Assembly: GCA_963755915.1 (NCBI GenBank)
Contig: CAVWLP010000003.1
Span: forward strand, 416,001 to 480,000
DNA from: an uncultured Phycisphaerales bacterium
GTDB lineage: Bacteria > Planctomycetota > Phycisphaerae > Tepidisphaerales > Tepidisphaeraceae
Direction of reading: 5' to 3'
Length of the DNA: 64,000 nt
In this document: positions 1 through 10,477 of the stretch, in pieces
Layout of the letters: each line of letters opens with the position of its first letter
How positions within the stretch are numbered: the first letter of the stretch is position 1
Translations under genes and position numbers: made by a program
The notes under the pieces: generated by a model
The model's database searches: none
What the model saw: the letters and a program-made list of their open reading frames with translations, nothing else
What the model was told of the DNA's origin: nothing

Positions 1-29
1 TCAATACGACGACGCCGGGCGCTGCGATC

Positions 30-1439
30 ATGGACAAAAGCGACGGCAGCACCTGGACCTGGGACAACAGCGTTTTTTACCTCGGCGACGGCAGCGCCGG
101 CGGATCGGGCGGCACGCCGTCGGCCGTGCGATATGGGCGGGGGTTTTTCCAGGCGGCTTCGAATACGCCGGCGGTTGATAACGGGACGTGGCAGATGGTC
201 ACCTATGTGGATGCCGCGGGGAATTATTCCATTTACACAGACGGTCATCAGGTCGCCCTGTCGAGCGGCAACGCCGGGTTCGAGCAGGCGGTGGAGCAGG
301 GGAGCGTGGTTTCGTTCGGCATCACCACGGACTCGGTCGCGGGTGACGGAACGGTTGATTTCAACGGCATGATGGATGAGATCCAGATTTTTAGCCAGGC
401 ATTGAGCCCGTCGCAGATCACCTCGCTCTATACGACGGATTCGCCGAATCCAGCGCCCGCGAGTTCGGTGCTTCCATCGACGACGTCGGTGACGTTGGCG
501 GGTGGGACCACGCTGAACGTGAACGGAATCAGCCAGACGATCGGGTCGCTGAGCGGCTCAAGTGGATCGGTCGTGCAACTGGGGAGCGGACAACTGACGG
601 TTTCGACCTCGTCGAGCAGCAGCTTTGCGGGAAGCATCAGCGGGACGGGCGGGTCGCTCATCAAGAGCGGCGGGGGAACGCTTTCGCTGAGCGGGTCGGA
701 TAGTTATACGGGCGGCACGACAGTTAGCGCGGGCACGCTGCTTATCAGTGCGGCCAGCGCGCTGCCGGACAGCACGGCGACGATAACCGGTGGTACGCTG
801 CAACTCGGGGAGGGTATCGGGCTGACGCAGTTGACGTCTCTTTCGATCACGGGCAGCGGGGAGCTGGATATCCGGAACAATCATCTGGTCATCAGCTACG
901 GGGCAAGCGATCCGATGTCGACGATCTATGGGTACCTTCTCTCAGGCTACAGCAACGACGCGATGGATGGGCCGGGGATTTTTTCTTCCGATGCGCGGAT
1001 ACCGCAAAATGGGGAGCAATATGGGGTTGGATTTGCGGATGGGAGGGATGGCGTGGTTGCCGGCCTGAGTTCGGGGCAGATCGAAATCAAATATACGTTG
1101 CTGGGGGATGCGAATCTGGACGGGGTGGTGAATGGGAGCGACTTCAGCATCCTGGCCGCCAATTTCGGGCTGGGATCCACGAACTGGGACCAGGGGAATT
1201 TCTGGTTTAGCTCGTCCGTGAACGGGTCTGATTTCAGCGCGCTGGCGGCCAACTTCGGGCAGGGAGACGAGGGGGCGGCGGTTTCGGTTTCACCGGCGGA
1301 TTTCGCGGCGCTGGATGCGTTTGCCCAGGCGAATGGGCTGATGGCGGATGTGCCGGAGCCGGGAGTGATTGGGGCGCTGGTGATGGCGCCGGTGCTGCTG
1401 GGGCGGCGAAGATTCCGCGAGCGAATTCAGCGGTTATAA
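30..1439 (+). CDS. PEP-CTERM secreted protein (LamG-like, autotransporter-associated beta-strand repeat, dockerin-like domain); probably 5'-partial
   Basis: FNGMMDEIQIF LamG motif, LIKSGGGTLSLSGSDSYTGGT repeat, LLGDANLDGVVN dockerin-like motif, C-terminal VPEP + hydrophobic stretch + RRR. Confidence 0.85.
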   Translation: MDKSDGSTWTWDNSVFYLGDGSAGGSGGTPSAVRYGRGFFQAASNTPAVDNGTWQMVTYVDAAGNYSIYTDGHQVALSSGNAGFEQAVEQGSVVSFGITTDSVAGDGTVDFNGMMDEIQIFSQALSPSQITSLYTTDSPNPAPASSVLPSTTSVTLAGGTTLNVNGISQTIGSLSGSSGSVVQLGSGQLTVSTSSSSSFAGSISGTGGSLIKSGGGTLSLSGSDSYTGGTTVSAGTLLISAASALPDSTATITGGTLQLGEGIGLTQLTSLSITGSGELDIRNNHLVISYGASDPMSTIYGYLLSGYSNDAMDGPGIFSSDARIPQNGEQYGVGFADGRDGVVAGLSSGQIEIKYTLLGDANLDGVVNGSDFSILAANFGLGSTNWDQGNFWFSSSVNGSDFSALAANFGQGDEGAAVSVSPADFAALDAFAQANGLMADVPEPGVIGALVMAPVLLGRRRFRERIQRL

Positions 1440-2652
1440 CCAGATTTTTGCCTCGGGTTTTTGCAGGACGACAATCCACCCCGGCACGTCCTGGTTTTGT
1501 TCGGTGCGCAGCGTCGCGATGCGGGCGGAGATTTCTTTCAGGCCGGAGGCGGCGGCGAGGTCGCGAATGTATTGAATCGAATGTGCGAAACGCGAACTGG
1601 CGTGCAGGTGAAAGCCTTCGCCTTGGTAACTCTCCGCGGTGAACGCGAGCAGGCCGCCATGTTTCAAGCGGCGCGCCGATGCCGGCATGAACTGCGTTAA
1701 ATCTCCGACATAAATCAGCACGTCGCCGGCGACGATGAGGTCGTATTGCTGCGTCTCGGAATCGAGTGCCGCGAGGACATCGGCTTCGACAAGGCGGTCG
1801 TAGACGCCGCGGGCCTCTGCGGCCCTGAGCATCTTTGGGGCGAGATCAACACCGACAATTTGGCGCGCGGGGGCGGAACTCCAGGCCGCACAGGCCCGTG
1901 CCGCAGCCCAGGTCGAGGATGTCCAGATCGGTCCTGTCGGTGGCTTTGAGCACGTCCTCCCGGAGCAGTTTGGGGCCGCAATAGTTCAGCATGCCGAGGA
2001 GATGTTCATCAAATCTCCGGGCGTAAGAATCGAACCACCGGCGCACGATTGGGGCCGGCACCGTCGTCACCGACTGATCTCCCTTCATCGCGCGAAGTCG
2101 AAACTGCCATCCGGCCCGGTCGGGGCAAATCCGCACGGCCTGCTCCATCATGCGAATGGCCTCGTCCATTCGGCCCAATCGTTTCAGGCAACGGCTCAGG
2201 TCCTGATATGCGTCGGCAAAATCGGGGGCAGTGCGCACGGCCTGATTGTAAAAAGCGATTGCCTCCTCGTGTCGGCCTTTCCGGCGCAAAAGATCCGCGA
2301 TGTTGTAGTGGGCCAGCGCGAAATCAGGGCGCAGCTCGATTGCCTTTTGCCACGCGGCAGCCGCGCCCGCTACGTCTTTCATATCCCGCAGGGCGCAGCC
2401 CAGATCGTTGTGGAAATCCGCAACCGAGGGGGCGATCTCGACAGCGCGCGAAATCAGCGCCGCTGCCTCCTCGTAACGTGAAGACTGAAGGGCGACGACG
2501 CCAAGCAAATGAAGCGCGTCGGCATTGTTAGGATCCCGCTGAACGGCACGTTCATATGTCCGCCTGGCATCCTCAAACTGTCCTTTTCCGTGAAGCCGCA
2601 GACCCTCCTCCAGAAGTTCGCGGGTCGAAGGCTCGGCAGGATCAGCGCTCAT
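1434..2652 (-). CDS. TPR-repeat SAM-dependent methyltransferase (one frameshift near 1860)
   Basis: TPRs followed by ILDLGCGTGLCG in ORF 1846-2652; the methyltransferase C-terminal half continues in ORF 1434-1832. Confidence 0.85.
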
Positions 2653-2679
2653 GGGATTCCCGGGGCGATCTCATATATT

Positions 2680-4371
2680 TTACATCCACCAATTCAAATC
2701 GATATGCCCAAAGATGCTGTCGTGCTGGTCCATTTCCGCAAGCTCGATTTTCCGCAGGTCTGACAATGGCCTTCCTGCTGCCAGTTCCTCCGCCATGAGC
2801 GTGGCGCGGTCAAAATTGGTGGCGTGGCCGGAGAATCGCTGGATGCCGTAGTCCACCGCCCCGTAGGTGTGGACGACGAAGGGCCAGTCGCTAGCTTGCA
2901 GCAGCAGCAGTTGCCGGCCGGCGCGCTGCATCATCTGCTCGATCTGCGGGTTTTGTTTCCAGGGAAGCTCGTGCAACAGTTTCAGCATCCGGTTTTCAGC
3001 GCGGTATTCGATCTCCCACATCCAGCGGTTGCGGTCGTTGATCCAGACGCTGTGGTTCCCCTTTTCGCCCCAGGAGCCTTCGGGCATGCGCATGACCTTG
3101 TCGGGCGGATAGTGGTAGAGGGCCTCCTCGGCTGTCATGAGCTTCACTTCCTTGTCGTGGGCGAGGGTGAGGACGACGTCGCGAAGGAAGCGCGGGCCTT
3201 CGAACCACCAGTGGCCGAAGAGCTCGGCGTCGAAGGGGGCGACGCAGACTCCATGCCGGCCGGTGCGGTTGCGATGCTCGCGCAGCACCTCGCGCACGAC
3301 GTTACAGAAATGCTGGGCGTGCTCGTAGATTTTGGCGGCGACGTCGTCGGGATAATAGGGGTCCTTGTCGCCGAGGCCGGCCTTGTTGTTGGTGACTTTC
3401 CAGTAGCGCAGTCCGCGTTCGTTGTATTTTTTGTGGAATTCGAGGTAGATGCCGTTGCCGGGGTAACCGATGGCGCCGCTCCAGACCTGCTCGCTGACGC
3501 GCGGGTGACGGCCGAAGGCGAAGCATTTGGGGGCTTCGGAACGACTGTTTACGCCGGTGGGCTCCAGAATGTCGCGCCAGCCCCGGTGAGAATCCCAATG
3601 AAGCTGCGATTCGTTGATGGGGTGATAATTGCCCTGGTCGAATGTCCCCAGCGGATGTCCGCCGGTGATGAGATGGGTGTCGACGAAGAAATGGGTGACG
3701 CCCGCGGCGGCAATGAAATTCTCGATGCCCACGCGGTGGCGGGCGTTGTCGTAGAGGACCGAGGGGAGCCAGTGGTCCCATTCGGGGCGGTAGGCGCATT
3801 CGGGGAGCCACATGCCGCGCGGCTTCATGCCGAGCCGTTTTTCGCTCGTGTACAGGCCCGCCGACATCTGCGCCGACATCGACTGGTCGTTCAACATCAG
3901 CGGCATATACGCATGGGTGGCGTTGCTGGTGAGAATCTGAATGTGGCCTTCGCGAAACCTCTGTGCGAACTCCGCGGGAATATCCCGTTTAATCCGGTCG
4001 AAATGAGCCAGGCGATCCTGGTGCCACTTTTCCCACTGACCGGCGAGGTAGGCGAAGTGCAATTCGTTGCGCGATTCGAATTCCTTCCGATCGGCAGCGG
4101 CGCGGGCGGCGCGCTCGTTAAGATATTCCGAAAATCCGGCCTTGAACCGGTCGTGCGAGAGCTGCTCAAGCAGTACCGGTGTCAAACCGATAGTCAACGC
4201 GGGACGGGCCTTGAGGAGGGCGCACTCGCCGACCATATCCAGAATCGGCAGATACGTTTCCGCCGCCGCCTCAAACAGCCACGCCTCACCATGGGGATAC
4301 GAGCCGTGATTCAGGACGTAAGGCAGGTGTCCGTGGAGGACGATGCAAAGCGTGCCGAGTGGGTCACTCAT
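2680..4371 (-). CDS. GH57 1,4-alpha-glucan branching enzyme (DUF1957)
   Basis: LHGHLPYV, WLPECAY, APFDAELFGHWWFEG and LLQASDWPF motifs. Confidence 0.92.
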   Translation of the reverse strand: MSDPLGTLCIVLHGHLPYVLNHGSYPHGEAWLFEAAAETYLPILDMVGECALLKARPALTIGLTPVLLEQLSHDRFKAGFSEYLNERAARAAADRKEFESRNELHFAYLAGQWEKWHQDRLAHFDRIKRDIPAEFAQRFREGHIQILTSNATHAYMPLMLNDQSMSAQMSAGLYTSEKRLGMKPRGMWLPECAYRPEWDHWLPSVLYDNARHRVGIENFIAAAGVTHFFVDTHLITGGHPLGTFDQGNYHPINESQLHWDSHRGWRDILEPTGVNSRSEAPKCFAFGRHPRVSEQVWSGAIGYPGNGIYLEFHKKYNERGLRYWKVTNNKAGLGDKDPYYPDDVAAKIYEHAQHFCNVVREVLREHRNRTGRHGVCVAPFDAELFGHWWFEGPRFLRDVVLTLAHDKEVKLMTAEEALYHYPPDKVMRMPEGSWGEKGNHSVWINDRNRWMWEIEYRAENRMLKLLHELPWKQNPQIEQMMQRAGRQLLLLQASDWPFVVHTYGAVDYGIQRFSGHATNFDRATLMAEELAAGRPLSDLRKIELAEMDQHDSIFGHIDLNWWM

Positions 4372-4467
4372 AGATGAAATGTAACAGCGGCCGGGCACTT
4401 TGTGCTATCGCACTGCCAGCGGATGCGAATGTCTCTGAAAAATGAACCGAAATTCAGGTGAAGAGCT

Positions 4468-5070
4468 ATGGATAAAGCTTGTCAAGAATATGTTAAGGAG
4501 GGTAAACTTGGGCTTTTGCGGGTCGGCACGCGCGTGGACCGACACACGCGGAGTTGGTCATCTCGTACAGAGGGCGGCCAAATGCTCCAGCAACCGCACG
4601 TCTTTCCGTCGATGCCCCAGATCGGCATGTCGGAGTCGCAGTACGCAAACTTGGCGCGACAGGCCGACAGCGACGGTAATATGTACGCCCACGAAGCCGC
4701 CAAGGTGGGGCAATACATCACCCTGGCCCTGGACATTCATCTCGATTGGCCGGCGAAACTGAGATATTTCCTGCATGCACTGCGCCGGCACTGCGTTCCA
4801 CCGCCAGTGCCGGATGAGCCCGTCTGGGTCTTTTACCGCGATCTGGCCGATTTGGTGCGCAAATACGCGGGGCACGAGGCGCTGCGTCTGGCCAGCGCGG
4901 AAGACGATATCTATGCCACCCGGCTTGCCCTCGGCGCAGAACGGGAGGCTGTGGAGGGCGATGCGGAAGTCTTTTTCTCCCAACTCCTTGGGACCGGCGA
5001 TAAACGCCCGGACTGGATGAGCGAGGAAGACTGGTCGCAGTTGAAGCTCATTCGGGATCAATGGATTTAG
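4468..5070 (+). CDS. hypothetical protein (start uncertain)
   Basis: 200-aa ORF with coding-like composition, divergent from the GH57 gene. Confidence 0.6.
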   Translation: MDKACQEYVKEGKLGLLRVGTRVDRHTRSWSSRTEGGQMLQQPHVFPSMPQIGMSESQYANLARQADSDGNMYAHEAAKVGQYITLALDIHLDWPAKLRYFLHALRRHCVPPPVPDEPVWVFYRDLADLVRKYAGHEALRLASAEDDIYATRLALGAEREAVEGDAEVFFSQLLGTGDKRPDWMSEEDWSQLKLIRDQWI

Positions 5071-5072
5071 GG

Positions 5073-5193
5073 CGAAATCCGAAACCAGAAATCCGAATCA
5101 AACCCGAATTCAGAATGACCGAATGGGAATTCCTTAATTCGTCATTCGGCATTCTGGTTTGATTCTGGTTTCTGGTTTCGGAATTCTGGTTTC
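5073..5193. repeat. long imperfect inverted repeat built of short GAAA(T/C)C-type units, between convergent genes
   Basis: gaaatccgaaaccagaaatccgaatcaaacc...gaatgaccgaat is mirrored by attcgtcattc...ggtttgattctggtttctggtttcgg; a related tract lies at 5517-5580. Confidence 0.7.
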
Positions 5194-5195
5194 TA

Positions 5196-5444
5196 CTACG
5201 GCCCATGCCTCATCATCCTCAATATCGAATGCACGGCGACGGTCAGAAGAAACGACGTCAATCCCGTGTAGGTGAGCACCCTTTCGATCAGCGAAAGATC
5301 CTTCCAATAGATCTCGCTCGAGCTTCGGCGGGCTGACTCTTCCACTTTTCGTTCCCACCAAAGGGAGCGGACCTGCACAAAGGTGAACATGAAGAGGCTC
5401 ACCGCCAAAGAAACGCCCAAGAAGATGGCCCAGAATAGAGGCAT
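5196..5444 (-). CDS. small membrane protein
   Basis: 82 aa with two hydrophobic segments. Confidence 0.55.
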   Translation of the reverse strand: MPLFWAIFLGVSLAVSLFMFTFVQVRSLWWERKVEESARRSSSEIYWKDLSLIERVLTYTGLTSFLLTVAVHSILRMMRHGP

Positions 5445-5684
5445 GCGTCGATAAGTCGGCCGGGGATTCTACAGTTATCCGGCAATTTTGCAGCGACTAC
5501 GCCTTCCACCGCCCGGTTTTGGTCATTCGAATTTCGAATTTGATTCGAATTTCGAGTTTCAAGCTTCGAATTTCGCATTTCCCCCCTCCTTCCCCCCGCC
5601 CCATCTTTTCGGCTATACTCCCCAATTCTCCCCGCTGCGGGCTGTCCGGGCGGGGGATTTTATTCTGTGGAGTCGAGGTTTCAC

Positions 5685-7151
5685 ATGGCAGACGAACAAA
5701 TTGCCCCCCCTGCTGACGCCGCCGCCAATACGGCCGTCCAGGAACCGGAGGCAAGTCCTTATCAGATCAAAGTCGAGGATGCGGGTCCGGCGACCAAGAA
5801 AATCTCCGTCGAGGTGCCCCAGGAAGTGATCGCCAACCGCCTGGCAGAGCAGTTCAAGCAGCTTCGCCGCGAGGCGGCTGTGCCGGGGTTCAGGCCCGGA
5901 CATGCGCCGCAGAAGCTGATCGAAAAGCGCTTTCACAACGACGTGCGCGACCAGGTTCGGCGCACCATCATCAGCGAAAGCTACGAGCAGGCGATTTCAC
6001 GCAATTCGCTGACCGTGATCGGCGAGCCGCAGTTTGATAATCCCGATGAGATCAAGCTCCCGGAGACGGGGAACCTCACCTATTCGTTCGAGATCGAGGT
6101 TCAGCCGCTGATTAACCTTCCCTCGCTCACGGGGCTGCACGTGCGCAAGCCGCGCGTCGAGGTGAAGGAAGAGCACGTCGACCAGGCGATGATGAACCTC
6201 CGCCAGCAGCAGGGAATCCTCGTGCCGGTCGAAGACCGCGGCGTGGAGGCGGGCGATTATCTCGTGGCCGACATTCACGTGAAGCTCGACGGCAACGTCG
6301 TCACCCATCAGCACGATGCCCAGGTCATCGTGAAGCCGGGCCGCTTCGCGGGAATTCAGATCGACGACCTCGACGTCAAGCTCCAGGGCCAGAAGCCCGG
6401 CGAGAAGCGGGAATTCACCGTTTCCGTCCCCGAATCGAACGCCAACGAACAGATCCGCGGCAAAGACGTGCTCGTCGAGACCGATCTGAAAGACATCAAG
6501 AAGCTGGAGCTTGCCGAGATCAACCAGGATTTCCTCGACAGCCTTGGATTCACGGACGAGAAGGAACTGCGTGCGGCACTTCGCGAGCAGATGGTGGAGC
6601 GCGTGGAGTATGACGTGCAGCAATCGATGCGCGACCAGGTGAATAACTACCTGCTCCAGAATGTCTACATGGATTTGCCGACCAAGCTTTCCGATCGTCA
6701 GGCCGACCGGGTTCTGAAGCGCCGGCGGATCGAATTCCTGATGCGCGGCATGCCGGAAGACCAGGCGGATGCCCGCATCGAGACCCTGCGTGAAACCGTG
6801 AAGGACGAGGCGGTTCGCGATCTGAAGCTGTTCTTCATTCTTCAAAAGATCGCGACCGATTTTAACGTCGACGTCAACGAAGCCGAGCTCAATGGCCGCA
6901 TCGCGCTCCTGGCGGCACAGTCCGGAAAACGCCCGGAAAAGCTCAAGCAGGAAATGTCGGCCGATGGGTCGCTTCTGAGCATGTACGTCCAGATGCGCGA
7001 GCAGAAGGCGATCGACAAGGTTTTGGAGACGGCCAAGATCGAGGAAGTCGATCTCGATGCCGTCAAACCGGAACTGGCCGCCGGTGGCGAGCCGGCGCCT
7101 GGTGGCGAGCCAACTGGGCCGTCGGGACCGTCGGCGCCATCGGGACAGTAG
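5685..7151 (+). CDS. tig: trigger factor
   Basis: ribosome-binding motif VPGFRPGHAP, FKBP-like middle domain, C-terminal domain. Confidence 0.95.
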   Translation: MADEQIAPPADAAANTAVQEPEASPYQIKVEDAGPATKKISVEVPQEVIANRLAEQFKQLRREAAVPGFRPGHAPQKLIEKRFHNDVRDQVRRTIISESYEQAISRNSLTVIGEPQFDNPDEIKLPETGNLTYSFEIEVQPLINLPSLTGLHVRKPRVEVKEEHVDQAMMNLRQQQGILVPVEDRGVEAGDYLVADIHVKLDGNVVTHQHDAQVIVKPGRFAGIQIDDLDVKLQGQKPGEKREFTVSVPESNANEQIRGKDVLVETDLKDIKKLELAEINQDFLDSLGFTDEKELRAALREQMVERVEYDVQQSMRDQVNNYLLQNVYMDLPTKLSDRQADRVLKRRRIEFLMRGMPEDQADARIETLRETVKDEAVRDLKLFFILQKIATDFNVDVNEAELNGRIALLAAQSGKRPEKLKQEMSADGSLLSMYVQMREQKAIDKVLETAKIEEVDLDAVKPELAAGGEPAPGGEPTGPSGPSAPSGQ

Positions 7152-7154
7152 CCC

Positions 7155-8417
7155 ATGTCACGCATCAACGCCCCGCGCGGCACCGCGGATACGCTTCCCG
7201 CAGAGAGCTGGAAATGGCAGGCGGTGGAGGCGATCGCGCGGGAAGTGGCGACGCTCTATCACTTCGCGGAAATCCGCACCCCCGTTTACGAATTCAGCGA
7301 GCTGTTTCACCGCGGCGTTGGTGAAAATACCGACATCGTCAGCAAGGAAACATTCACCTTCAACGATCGCGGCGGCGAATCGATCACCCTTCGCCCGGAA
7401 GGGACCGCCGGCGTTGTCCGCGCGGCCATTGAAAACAATCTCATCGCGCAGGAGGGTTCACGCGCGAAACTTTTTTACATAGGCCCGAATTTCCGATACG
7501 AGCGCCCGCAGAAGGGCCGCCTGCGCCAGCACCATCAGTTTGGCGTGGAAGCATTCGGCATTGCCGAGCCGGAACAGGATGTCGAATGCATCCTCCTTCA
7601 GCTCGATTTCTATCGACGGTGCGGGATCAGGGATTTCGATCTGCAGATCAACAGTCTTGGAGACAAGGAGAGCAAACAGCGGCATCGAGAAGCGCTGGTG
7701 AATTTCCTAACGCCCAAGGCCTCGCAACTCAGCGAGGAAAGCCGGCGGCGGCTGACTGAAAATCCCCTGCGGATTCTGGACAGCAAGGATCCGCGCGATC
7801 ATGAAGCCTGCGCCGGAGCGCCGCCGGCGGCGGAGTTTCTTTCTGATTACAGCCGGCAGCATTTCCAGCGGGTTGGGGAGATTTTGAACGCGGCTTCGGT
7901 GCCGTTTACGGTCAATCCCAATCTCGTGCGCGGTTTCGATTATTACACCGGCACAGTTTGGGAAGTCACGACTTCGGGCCTGGGAGCGCAAAACGCCATC
8001 GGCGGCGGCGGGAGATATGACAACCTGGTCGAAAGCCTGGGCGGAAGGCCGACGCCGGGGCTGGGATTTGGAATCGGACTGGAACGCCTGCTGATCGCGC
8101 TGGAATCGCAGAAGGTTACTCTGGCTGATCCGCGAAGGCCGCTCATCTGGATCGTCTCGCTGGGCACGACTGCCAAAGAGTCGGCGTGGAAATTGCTCGG
8201 CGAGTTGCGTGCCGGCGGCATCGCTGCCGACATGGACCTCAGCGGTCGCTCCGCCAAAGCGCAATTCAAAATCGCCGACCGGGAATCGGCGAAATTTTGT
8301 GTCGTTCTCGGCGACGACGAACTGGCCCGACAGCAAGTGAAGCTCAAGAATCTCGCCACCGGCGAAGAGACGTCCATCCTCCGCACAGAACTGATTTCCC
8401 GGCTCAAATCGGCCTGA
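7155..8417 (+). CDS. hisS: histidine--tRNA ligase
   Basis: LRPEGTAG, FRYERPQKGRLRQHHQ, LVRGFDYY and GGGRYD motifs. Confidence 0.97.
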   Translation: MSRINAPRGTADTLPAESWKWQAVEAIAREVATLYHFAEIRTPVYEFSELFHRGVGENTDIVSKETFTFNDRGGESITLRPEGTAGVVRAAIENNLIAQEGSRAKLFYIGPNFRYERPQKGRLRQHHQFGVEAFGIAEPEQDVECILLQLDFYRRCGIRDFDLQINSLGDKESKQRHREALVNFLTPKASQLSEESRRRLTENPLRILDSKDPRDHEACAGAPPAAEFLSDYSRQHFQRVGEILNAASVPFTVNPNLVRGFDYYTGTVWEVTTSGLGAQNAIGGGGRYDNLVESLGGRPTPGLGFGIGLERLLIALESQKVTLADPRRPLIWIVSLGTTAKESAWKLLGELRAGGIAADMDLSGRSAKAQFKIADRESAKFCVVLGDDELARQQVKLKNLATGEETSILRTELISRLKSA

Positions 8418-8447
8418 ATCCGCCACCAATGAAAGGAAACCGCGAAC

Positions 8448-9220
8448 ATGAAACGCTACCGCGCCATCGCGGCTTACTACGATGCGGAATATCAGCGCCA
8501 CCCGACGCTGAAATTCGATGTTCCGATGCTTCTCAAGCACATCGGCGCAAAAAACAATCGATTCTCGAGCTGGCCACGGGCACAGGTCGCGTCGCCATTC
8601 CACTGGCCAAGGCCGGCCATCGGGTCGTCGGCGTCGACTACGCCCCGGACATGCTGAAAATCGCCCGCAAAAAACGCGCTGCGGCGGGCATTTCCGCGAA
8701 GCAATTAACTCTCGTACAGCAAAACGCCCTGCGGCTCAAACTCAACGAAAAATTCGATTGGGCCGTGCTCGTTTTCAACACCATCCTGGCGTTTCCAACG
8801 CTCGAAGAACTCGACGCCGTCCTGGCCGGCGTGGTGCGGCATCTGAAACCGGACGGAAAATTCTGGGTCGAGATGTTTCAGCCGAACCTGGAGATTCTCG
8901 CCCGTCCCAAATCCGAAAAACTCGACCCGGCCCTGATGTATATCCCCGAGCTGAAGCGCACCGTTTACCGGGAAACGACCGTGGTGCGCGATCCATCGAA
9001 GCAGATTCAGGAGATCACTTTCACCTATCGCTGGTTCGATCCCAAAGGCCGCCCGCACGAGGAGAAACTGCGATTTGAGCTGACGTACATTTTCCCGCGC
9101 GAGCTGCGGATTCTGCTCGAGCGCAATGGGCTGACGATCAAAAAACTATACGGCGATTACGACGGCAGCCGGCTGACGGCAGATTCGCCACGGATGATTG
9201 CGATGTGCGGGTTGAGATAA
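8448..9220 (+). CDS. class I SAM-dependent methyltransferase (frameshift near the A-run at about 8550)
   Basis: MKRYRAIAAYYDAEY N-terminus joins ILELATGTGRVAIPLA in another frame. Confidence 0.85.
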
Positions 9221-9239
9221 CATCGGGAACGTCTCGGTC

Positions 9240-9533
9240 GTGGTTGCTTCGTCTGGTCAAAGTCGGCAAACTTCGGATATACTCCAGTCCGTGACAATTC
9301 AAGAACTCCAGCTTCACCACGCGCAAAGGCCTTTCGAGCCGTTTCGGCTTTTAGTCGCTGACGGACGCAGCTACGAGGTTCGGCATCCCGAGCGATTGGC
9401 GTCGCTGCGTAGCGGGAGAATGATTTCCGTCGCGACTGACACGGGCTTCGTGATCCTCGACCTGCTTCTGGTGACAGGATTGGAGAAGCCGATCGGGAGG
9501 CGTGCAGCGGGTTCAAGACGCCGGGCGTCTTAG
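9240..9533 (+). CDS. small conserved hypothetical protein (start probably near 9291)
   Basis: QRPFEPFRLLVADGRSYEVRHPE pattern resembling small planctomycete proteins. Confidence 0.65.
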   Translation: MVASSGQSRQTSDILQSVTIQELQLHHAQRPFEPFRLLVADGRSYEVRHPERLASLRSGRMISVATDTGFVILDLLLVTGLEKPIGRRAAGSRRRAS

Positions 9534-9535
9534 GA

Positions 9536-10276
9536 CTATCGCGCAGGCGCGATCGCGATATCGCCGGACGCGCCCTTGTCGATAATTGGCATGATCACCT
9601 CCGCGACAAACGGCTCCGCCATCCAATCATAATGCCCGCCATCGTTCCCCAGCACCTTCCACGTCGGCTGGTAGCAATGCTGAATCACTTTCGCTTTTTC
9701 CGCTTCGGTCAATCCGATTAATCTGAATCCCCATCTCCCCGCCCCACCGCTATGCACGCGGTCGTAGTTGCCGAAGATCGTCGGACCAAGTCCCTGCCAG
9801 AAATCATCTTGGGGGCTGTAAAAAACATGCAGCCTCGTCGTATGCTGAAGCATCGGGGCAAGCTCAAATTTTGGCGACAGTGCCGGAGCGAGGAAGATGA
9901 CCGGCCCGACGCGCACGCCTTCAGGCAGCCGGCGCACAGCGCCGGCGACCACACCGGCCCCCGCGCTGTGGGCGATCAGGGCAATGCGCCCGCCTGGGTG
10001 ATTGGCACGAATCGATTCAATCTTTGCACAAAGGTCGCGCTCGGCATGATCGTGCCAGCTTTGAGAAGCGATGGAGATGAAAAAGATAGGGTAAGAGGAT
10101 CCCCAGTCGCTGACTTCCAGGCAGTCGGGGCTCCCGTGATCGCGGAGCGAGTCGATGATCTGGGCGTAGACGCCCCCATCGCCGCCGATGCCGGGGACGA
10201 CGATGACGGCGTTGGGGTGGTCGGTATTTACCGGGGGTGTGGCGCAAGCGGTTAATAAAAGAAAGACTAAGCTCAC
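9536..10276 (-). CDS. alpha/beta-hydrolase-fold lipoprotein (start uncertain)
   Basis: lipobox-like LLLTAC, IVVPGIGG, and the nucleophile motif IAHSAG. Confidence 0.75.
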   Translation of the reverse strand: MSLVFLLLTACATPPVNTDHPNAVIVVPGIGGDGGVYAQIIDSLRDHGSPDCLEVSDWGSSYPIFFISIASQSWHDHAERDLCAKIESIRANHPGGRIALIAHSAGAGVVAGAVRRLPEGVRVGPVIFLAPALSPKFELAPMLQHTTRLHVFYSPQDDFWQGLGPTIFGNYDRVHSGGAGRWGFRLIGLTEAEKAKVIQHCYQPTWKVLGNDGGHYDWMAEPFVAEVIMPIIDKGASGDIAIAPAR

Positions 10277-10398
10277 GCAGAGGACTTCGACGAGCTCAGT
10301 CGAGTCGCGCAGAGCTCGCAGAGGGAGAGCGACGATGCTTTCCCTTTCTCTGCGCCTCTGCGCGACTCGACTGAGCTCGTCGAAGTCCTCTGCGTGAG
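10272..10398. repeat. perfect 43-bp inverted repeat (REP/MITE-like)
   Basis: ctcacgcagaggacttcgacgagctcagtcgagtcgcgcagag (10272-10314) is the reverse complement of 10356-10398. Confidence 0.9.
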
Positions 10399-10477
10399 AA
10401 CCCGAATTCATTCTTCTTTTTCTACCAAGAACCGCCGGAAAGGGATAAGATTGGACGCTGCAATCAAGGAGAGAGCC

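Noticed and set aside
2824-4377. 517-aa plus-strand ORF, and similar long antisense ORFs such as 23601-24914 and 7707-8603
   Set aside because: High-GC shadows of well-supported genes on the opposite strand
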